DNA of 64,000 nucleotides from Nitrospirales bacterium (GTDB lineage Bacteria; Nitrospirota; Nitrospiria; Nitrospirales; UBA8639): NCBI GenBank assembly GCA_965203295.1, contig CBDBCZ010000018.1, positions 1,152,001 to 1,216,000 of the forward strand, read 5' to 3'. Shown piece by piece: positions 56,558 to 64,000 of this stretch (position 1 is its first letter; each line of letters starts with the position of its first letter). The notes under the pieces were generated by a model. It saw only the letters and a program-made list of their open reading frames with translations, ran no database searches and was not told where the DNA came from. The position numbers and the translations under genes were made by a program.

Positions 56558-56734
56558 TTTAGATACCAGTTGGCAGTGCATTACGGGACTAGTTAGCGCG
56601 CGAGGACAATTAAGTAACGGTCGAGGGCGGATAATGCACGAGCCGAAGGCGAGTGCATTATCCGCCCGAGACCGTTACTTAATTGTCCGAGCGCGCTAAC
56701 TAGTCCCGTAATGCACTGCCAACTGGTATCTAAA
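56558..56734. repeat. Near-perfect 177-bp hairpin with CGAG-CC-GAA-GG-CGAG apex
   Basis: Arms TTTAGATACCAGTTGGCAGTGCATTACGGGACTAGTTAGCGCGC.. and their reverse complement. Confidence 0.92.
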
Positions 56735-57690
56735 TATTACTTAACACCCCCGGAAGACTTCGTGGGCGTTTTTAGCGCTGGCTTTTATTCTACTTGACGG
56801 ATCCAATAGGTATATCACATGTATCACAAATATGTTATGCAGCCAACGTTACGTTGTGGCAAATTTGGTTTGAATTTTTTCACTTTGTTATGTAAATGAG
56901 CATAATTGAGAATAATAGTATGGCAAAAAGTATAATAGGTTTAACCTCAGAGAATAAAAGAATAGAATAATGGGTAGAAAAAAAAGAATAATTTATCAAA
57001 GCCTACTCGCGAGCCAGCCGGTTTTTCATGGTATAGGTTTATTGCTAAATAAAAAACCTATAGAATATCACAAGGTGGGGGTGTATAGCAAGGGCTGAAG
57101 GACTGAGGGAAATGAATTGGTTTTACTCTCACCGCAAGTTGTAAACATGATTGTGTAATTGCCTTCTACCACACTAGCTATAGCAGCGTGGAGGATATTG
57201 AAACAAGGTGAATCAATATAATTAGACACCTGTTGCAAGGTGAACAAGTGATTTTGAACCTTATATCTGGCTACCAGATTGGTCAGAGTATCTAGTACAG
57301 GTGTGGTAGACGGACATCTTATCTTGTACTAGTGCGTGGGCGTTTCAAAGGCGCCGACCATTGTTTATATTCTGTAGACCACTGAGTGGCGTGTGTGGTA
57401 GTTAGAAGGCGCTGTCTAACTACCATACACCTTAGTCAGCAAAAACTAAGTAAACACTTGAAGCCCAAAAGTCCAACTGACATGCACACAGCATTCTGAC
57501 CTCCTCAAAGCTGTGGAGTGTGCATGACATTGTAGGCAAGCAACTGAGTGAACTGACACTATAATGCTTGCACATGCACTATATACAAAGGTCAGCACGT
57601 GGACAGGATCACGCACGCACATGCGCATATATGCACAGAAGGTGAGCACATTTGCGTGAACGTTGCTAGGAAACCCCTGTAGTACAAACC

Positions 57691-57772
57691 AGTTGTACTA
57701 CCAGCTGCTGTGGTTTATCAGGAAACACTCGGCAGTTATTCCTGATAAACCACAGCAGCTGGTAGTATAACT
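57691..57772. repeat. Hairpin element with a single CTCG left in the loop
   Basis: TACTACCAGCTGCTGTGGTTTATCAGGAA / TTCCTGATAAACCACAGCAGCTGGTAGTA. Confidence 0.85.
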
Positions 57773-58690
57773 ATAACTTATTGCGCATCACATTATTGTC
57801 TAATACATTTCATTCGATGATGGCAGTATAGAAAATATACGCACATATTCTACAGTTCTGCATGTACTATCTTAATTATTTGTAACATAACCTAAAGCTA
57901 TACTTAACAATAGTCATGCACATGCACACTAGTGGTATAAGTCAGATAGACCACATCACAGCGGAGGATATGTGAAACCACACTCATTGATGATGTAAAC
58001 ACATGTAGATGCATATATTTTCCGCCGAGACGTGGTCTATACTATATAGACTTAGGCAAAGGTTTGGTTACTGGAGCTGCATGTACATTGGACCCATTCT
58101 GTCAATGAAGACAGTGGCAATTTCATAAATGTAACCATTACTGTTGTTCCCAAAACGACTATAAGAAGCGCAGATATCTGCCCACTAGTGCATACAATGT
58201 AGAAGGCATTGTTCTTTTAGTCTAATACATTGTCGTTCTATCAAAGCTGAACTGTCTGTCTATATCATCTGTGTAGTACAGATGTTATTACAGGACACAA
58301 TTTGTTTATTTGTTGCAGCAGATGTGACATGATCTCTCTTAGACTATATAGCCGGCAGAAGAATGCTCTCACATGAGCACAGAATGGAAGCTGGTATAAC
58401 TTTGAAAATGTTCTCATCCTAAAAATTTCAGCATTCCCCCTGAAAAATAAAAACACCAGTTTTCCCGTCTTAGGAGGGAGCGACCACTCTAAAAAACAAA
58501 ACCTTAAAAAAACAGCCGGCTCTTAAAGATTAGCATGATAGCTCATTTACATCATAATTATTCCCTTTACTATCTAATAAATAATGCAAAAAAAAGATTA
58601 ATACACCAGCACATATGCTTGGACTCAATCTTGTCTAGTCTCAGTCTGTAGTTTTAGTATTTAAGCCTGTGTTTCTGTACAGTATTGCCA

Positions 58691-58732
58691 TGCCCTGAAG
58701 AAGACTACAGCACTGTAGTCGAAACGTTGGCA
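58691..58732 (+). ncRNA. Minimal type I hammerhead ribozyme motif (Penelope-like element type)
   Basis: TGCC-CTGAAGA-A-GACTACA-GCAC-TGTAGTC-GAAAC-GTT-GGCA: helix I TGCC/GGCA, core CUGANGA, 7-bp helix II, GAAAC, palindromic helix III AACGTT. Confidence 0.75.
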
Positions 58733-59659
58733 ATTAAAATCTTCTGCTGAACTTCGGGTTGGAATTGAAGAAACTTCGCGATGACATTTATGCACCTTTA
58801 GACACATTTTTGACCTTTTGAAAACAGAGAATGCTATTTCTCTGCATTTTGCGCTAACTTTATCCCCATTGTCATACAATAATAGGTACCTAATCCCACT
58901 ACATATCAACCACCCCTGATGGAAATAAAATGTCCTCTATGTCAAAGGCTAGCTTCTCTTAGCTTAAGACTACACCCTCACTTTCAGGATGCAGGCTCCG
59001 TCAAGAGTATCATAACTGCCCACATGGTTAATGTGTATCCTTGTCACCAGCTGCACCACCATGTCTACCATGGACAACCTTCTACTGAAACTAAAGCAAG
59101 AAAGTGGAAAATATCACATCTCTTGAATACAGTTGGTCATCACTTGCACAGACCACAACTGTCACATGATTGTCACATGCAGACTGGTGCAAACTTCATT
59201 CGAGGCAACCAACTTCTTTCCTTCCCTCCCATCATAGGCCTCAGTGGTGACATGTAGCTAACAGTGTGGCCTGGCTGCTGCCCGGCTACTTGCCCCCAGG
59301 TTGGGGGGGGGGGCATGACTGCTTCGCTATATAGAGGGTATTAATTAGGTTCCATTCTAATACCCTAAACAATTGTTCTTCAACAAATATGGGGACATAT
59401 TATGGTTATAAGTGGCTTGGGCCACGTTTCATTACTGTCCATTCACCTGTCTATCTTCAACAAATGTACATGTGTCGCCTTGTCGACAGCTAGATGGCTG
59501 TAGCACTACAATGACCCAGGAGTTGAACGGGGTTGAATTGAAAGCCCATCACAAGCGGATTTCAGCAATATGCGTTTCTTGTATATTGATAACTGAACTT
59601 GGCCAAAACTTGACCAAACTACTGCTGTACAGGCAGCTCCATAGAGAATCCATACAACT

Positions 59660-59861
59660 CCACGATCATGTAGGCTGTCACATAACCGTGTCCAAACAGA
59701 CTGTAGCAGAAGACCGACAGTCATCATCACCATAATCAGCAAAACCACTACAATAGGCATTGTTTCTGATGACAACAGTTTGTGTGTGTTTGTGCCATCC
59801 TCACAGGGAGATCTCTGCACGGTTCCCAGGTGATCATGGCTTGTGGGGGTAAGAGGTGGGG
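59660..59861 (-). pseudogene. 5' fragment of another Kelch exon
   Basis: AG|PHLLPPQAMITWEPCRDLPVRM matches PHPLHPQAKITWEPCRDLPVKM of the intact gene, then frameshifts. Confidence 0.8.
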
Positions 59862-60063
59862 CTAATTGTAGTAAAGATAAAGAATGGATATGACAGTAGA
59901 TGATGTACTAAGTAATTGAGAAGTCATTACAATAAACACATCTTACACGCAAACAAATATTTGGTTTAAGTTTTATGCACTTCTGATATCAATGAATGAG
60001 CAAAGTAGGCTAGTCTTTAACAAGGAGTAGCAATAGCATACCATCCTACACACACTTAGCTAC

Positions 60064-60924
60064 CGTATTCATGTGCAATTCTGTGTGCGGCTGGTCGTTT
60101 CCCAATTGAAGAAAGTGCATGAACCAGAGTAGACCATGTCACTTCCTGGTGGTTCTGCATCCACTCCACCAGAACACAAGACAATAGCAGCAGCGTACGC
60201 CCAACCGGTACAACTGAGAGGTCACTCTCTATCATCTGTAGCTTGTGGTGGCAGTATTCCAGGGAAAAGACCCAAACCATGCCAGTCCACGACATCAGAC
60301 AACAACTTCAATAGCTCTGGAAGGTCATTCTCTGTCAACACATCCTCAGGAACTGAAACAACAAAAGAGAATTTTGAGTTTCAATGACCATTGATAATAC
60401 TGCAATTATATAAATGTTTCTATACGTAGTAACTAAGTGACTATGTACCGCTTGTCACTCTCTGAAAGTGAGAGGCCAAGTTCCTAGCTACCCGATCTGC
60501 AGTCTATTAGTAATTAAGGTGACCCAATATAGTTTCCAGGCCCTTCGTGCACCCTCTCTTCTACTGTTCCACGTACTGCAAGTGACAAAAGCTGTGCGGA
60601 GGCCTGGGAACGAGGCTACCACAGTTACATGCTAGACTGACACATCAGCAAGAACGGTAGGCACTTAGCTATCTGTAAACCTGCCACGTTAAGAAAAGAC
60701 AGAATGGTTTATTAGTACAATGATATGCCCATTGTTTCAGATTAGATGCTTTTAGACCCTTCGTTAGCCTTCACTGATAATCAAAGATTGGGTGGGGCCC
60801 TTACTAGACAACCCGAGACCAGGCTCTAAGCGGCGATATCCCCAACCCCCGTGTGATAGCACACCTTGCTACTCAGTGAACAGCTCTTTTTGCTACACCA
60901 ATTACCTGCAAAAGTTCCTGGCAT
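60064..60924 (-). pseudogene. Paralogous first exon (60924-60906, MPGTFA/G) plus frameshifted Death-domain-like exon (60352-60064)
   Basis: LTENDLPELLKLLSDVVDWHGLGLF, shift, HHKLQMIESD..VLVEWMQNHQEVTWSTLVHALSSIGKRPAAHRIAHEY; phase 1-1 exon of 289 nt, net +1 nt. Confidence 0.75.
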
Positions 60925-61032
60925 CTCGTTTTCTTTTATGTACATTACCATGGCAACCACTTTTTTCCATGCTTATAGCATTTTAAGGATGCCACATACA
61001 GGGATCATTGCTATACCAATGTACATTAAATC

Positions 61033-61118
61033 AGTTAAAGGTCAGTTTTGGTGAGGGGTTAACCTCCTCGGCTTCGCCTCGGACTTTAAATTCCCCTCAC
61101 CCAAACTGACCTTTAACT
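61033..61118. repeat. Hairpin element with CTCG-GC-TTC-GC-CTCG apex
   Basis: AGTTAAAGGTCAGTTTTGGTGAGGGG / CCCCTCACCCAAACTGACCTTTAACT. Confidence 0.85.
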
Positions 61119-62892
61119 ATTACTTATCGCTCGATATATAAGTGGGTGGGGTCGTTTATACTTTGTGGTATAGTTTCGGAAATTCCCTGGCAGAAAACAA
61201 CTGAACAACTGAACTTGAGTGAAGGACTACCACAGTACTGAGCTAGCTATATATAGTTCTGACTGGCTGCGCAGTTATACTCGTAACTATGTTTTTTCGT
61301 CCGCCCCTTCAAAATACGTGAAGTAAACCAGTTTGCATTATTCATGAATGATGTTTACACTTAATAGTATCATAAAGTATGTTGTGTGGCTAAAAAATGT
61401 TATTATTTATTGCATTACTATTAGATCAACAGCAGCTTCTAGTACTTATTACCGTCATCACAATCGTGATTATTCCTTTCAGCATCAACAAACAAAACAC
61501 AAGTTAATTACCCTGAAGCAACTACAGCATTGTTAGGCAATCGTATGACCGTAGTTAACTTTTTTTGCGGGCAGGTTTTTAGCCCAATTAATACTATTCC
61601 AGGTGAATTCTTTGTATAAGGCATTAAAATATAAAATCGGATGAAGTACATGTACATTGTGTACACATAAATGACATTATGTGCCCCATGACTGGTAAAA
61701 AGCCCACAATAATTATGTCACATCTACTAACTAAGCTAAATTTAATTAAAGTATGATTGAAATTAGCTAGTTACTTAATTTTGAGGCTGTCAACAAAACT
61801 AGAGCATTGTCTGATAGGCTGTAGTGGGTGGGGGTAGCGCAGTATCGTCACTCTTCACCTTGAGCATTTTAACATATCATTGTAATGCCGCTGTTTGCAG
61901 CACATCGATGCTTTAAATCTCTTAGGCAGCCATCCAGGGACAACATTCTGTGTAACTGAAGGTAACTGAATAATTGTATATAATGGTAGCTTGGTGCAAC
62001 TGTTTGAACATAGGGACGTAATTGAAATATGCGACATAGCTGCCCGGGACTGCCACATGTACCATTCAAAGAAACCTGGAAGCTCTGTACAGCCTGCAGT
62101 GATATATAAAAGTGAGGAAATGATCATGAATCCTTACACTTGTTACTTTCATTCTAGATGTCGATGCAACTACACGATCAATTTAATATAAGCCCTACCT
62201 CAATGACTTAGATTAGAGAAAGTCTGTTTCAAACATTGAGACACGATTGAAATATTATGTGACAGTTGTATTACCCCGGACTGCCATGGCCACATGTACC
62301 ATTTAACGAGGCTTAAGTGGAAACTCAGTACAGCCTGCAGTGGTGAGATATAGCTAATGATGAATCCTTAGACTCGTCGCCTTCTAAACCTAGATCTGTG
62401 ATACATTGGACTCTATGGCAACTTCCATTCTGTGTGCCTCTACAAGGTTTTAGTACATCGCAGCTAGAAAAAAACCTGAATCAGAAAGAAAATTACCTGA
62501 GAATGATGTTCAATTTAGAATGATAGTTTTAACCTATTGAGCTTCAGCGCTCTTCACCACCTTCCACACAAATGGAAATTGCTCCACAGCCCACAAACAA
62601 TAATATTCTCATAAGAAACAATATCAGAACAGGTAATTGTGCAGTTGTTTGCTGCTATTGTAGTATAGCTGATGAGTGTTTTAAAAACTGCCTTCGTGTG
62701 TATGAGCCTACCGTTGGGTTTGAACTTATTCCTTGTTTTCCATGATATTGCTGTTAATAAGAGCTAGCTAGCTAGTAACAAGGGAATCCGGCAATAGATT
62801 TTCCCTACTACTCTACCTACTTAATATAGGCAACTATGTTATACCAACAAAGCATAAGTGGTAGTCCTAGGTAGAAACAAGTGGGATAGCCA

Positions 62893-64000
62893 GTGGATGC
62901 AAGATGGTGTTGTTTACCGAGTCTGGGAGACCCCTCTGGAGATCAACAAGTTTTTCAGCTGCTGCTCTTGAAAAAGCTCAGACCTTATGTCTTCCATAAT
63001 GCTGCTACTGGGGGACACTTTGGAATAGCAAAAGATTCTCGCTGGTGCAGGTGCCGAAGAGATGTTCGCGACTGGTGCAAAGCATGCGATCTTTGTGCAT
63101 CGAGAAAGGGTCCAGCGAAGAAGATTCGTGCACCTATGGCACAGTACAATGTTTGTTCGCCGAAGGAGAGATTAGCAGTGGATGTGATGGGACCCTTGCC
63201 AGTAACTGAATCTGGGAACAAGTACCTCCTCGTAGCTGTGGATAATTTCTCAAAGTGGCCGGAGGCATTCCCATTACCAGATCAAGAGGCTGTCACAGTG
63301 GCCGAAGTCCTCATCAAAGAAATTGTATGTCACTTTTGGGTACCCCTGTACATCCATTCTGACCAAGGATGCAACTTCGAGTCCGGAGTTTTCACCGGAG
63401 TCCGAGTCGAGTCCGGAGTTTTCAATGTGCAGTCTGCTTGGGATTTTTAAGATGCGAACTGCTCCTCTCCACCCTCAATCGGATGGTAGAACACTTTAAT
63501 CGGACTGTAGTTGTCAAAGTTCATTGGAGATCATCAGCAAAATTCTAACTAGTGCCCTTGATGCTGATGGCATACCAGACAGCAATTCATGGATCCTCTG
63601 ACTGCACTCCAGCAAAACTAATAATTATTTTCACGAGATCTGCAACTTCCAATTGATCTGCTCTACAGCCACCCGGAAGTAGAAATATGGGAGTTTAAAG
63701 TGCCTATGATACCCAAATACAAGAGAAACTGGAAAAAATACACAATTTGCCCGAGATCAGTTAGAATTGATTAGTGATCGAATGAAATGACGCTACGACT
63801 CTCATCGGGAAGGTGGAATGCTAGAGGAAGGCAACCCTGTCTGGCTTTACAACCAGCGGAGGAAAGAAGTGACACCAAAACTGATGAGAAACTGGCATGG
63901 ACCTTATGTGGTCACCAAGCGTATAAATGACCTCGTGTATCATGTGCAACTTGGACCAAAATCAAAGCCAAAAATTATCCATCACAATACAGTGGGCAAA
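62893..64000 (+). mobile_element. Degenerate Ty3/Gypsy integrase region
   Basis: H..GGHFG..CDLC zinc-binding region, LAVDVMGPLP, SKWPEAFPLPDQEA, IHSDQGCNFES and downstream W.GPY fragments with frameshifts. Confidence 0.9.

Overview
Repeat-rich animal genomic DNA with spliceosomal introns; the gene families suggest a demosponge (inference). From left to right: (1) a decayed Ty3/Gypsy LTR element, a duplicated CDV3 gene fragment, a CRE-like non-LTR remnant and a decayed multi-TM pseudogene (1-10 kb); (2) a near-identical 7.9-kb tandem duplication (10385-26209), each unit carrying two intronless paralogous secreted proteins of about 400 aa whose helical core resembles Bacillus Cry delta-endotoxin domain I, giving four candidate pore-forming toxin genes, the most interesting signal here; (3) an intact 7-exon CDV3 homolog (27351-35311) with TE- and microsatellite-filled introns; (4) a satellite region and a two-exon membrane-protein gene with a frameshift and a 2.7-kb foldback transposon in its intron; (5) a cluster built around a 3-exon kinase-coiled-coil-Kelch gene, with extra Kelch exons, a paralogous first exon and a frameshifted Death-domain exon, suggesting a modular immune-type receptor family; (6) a Penelope-type minimal hammerhead ribozyme, a family of hairpin elements with a shared CTCG..CTCG apex, and a Gypsy integrase remnant. 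All calls were made by eye; no searches were run.
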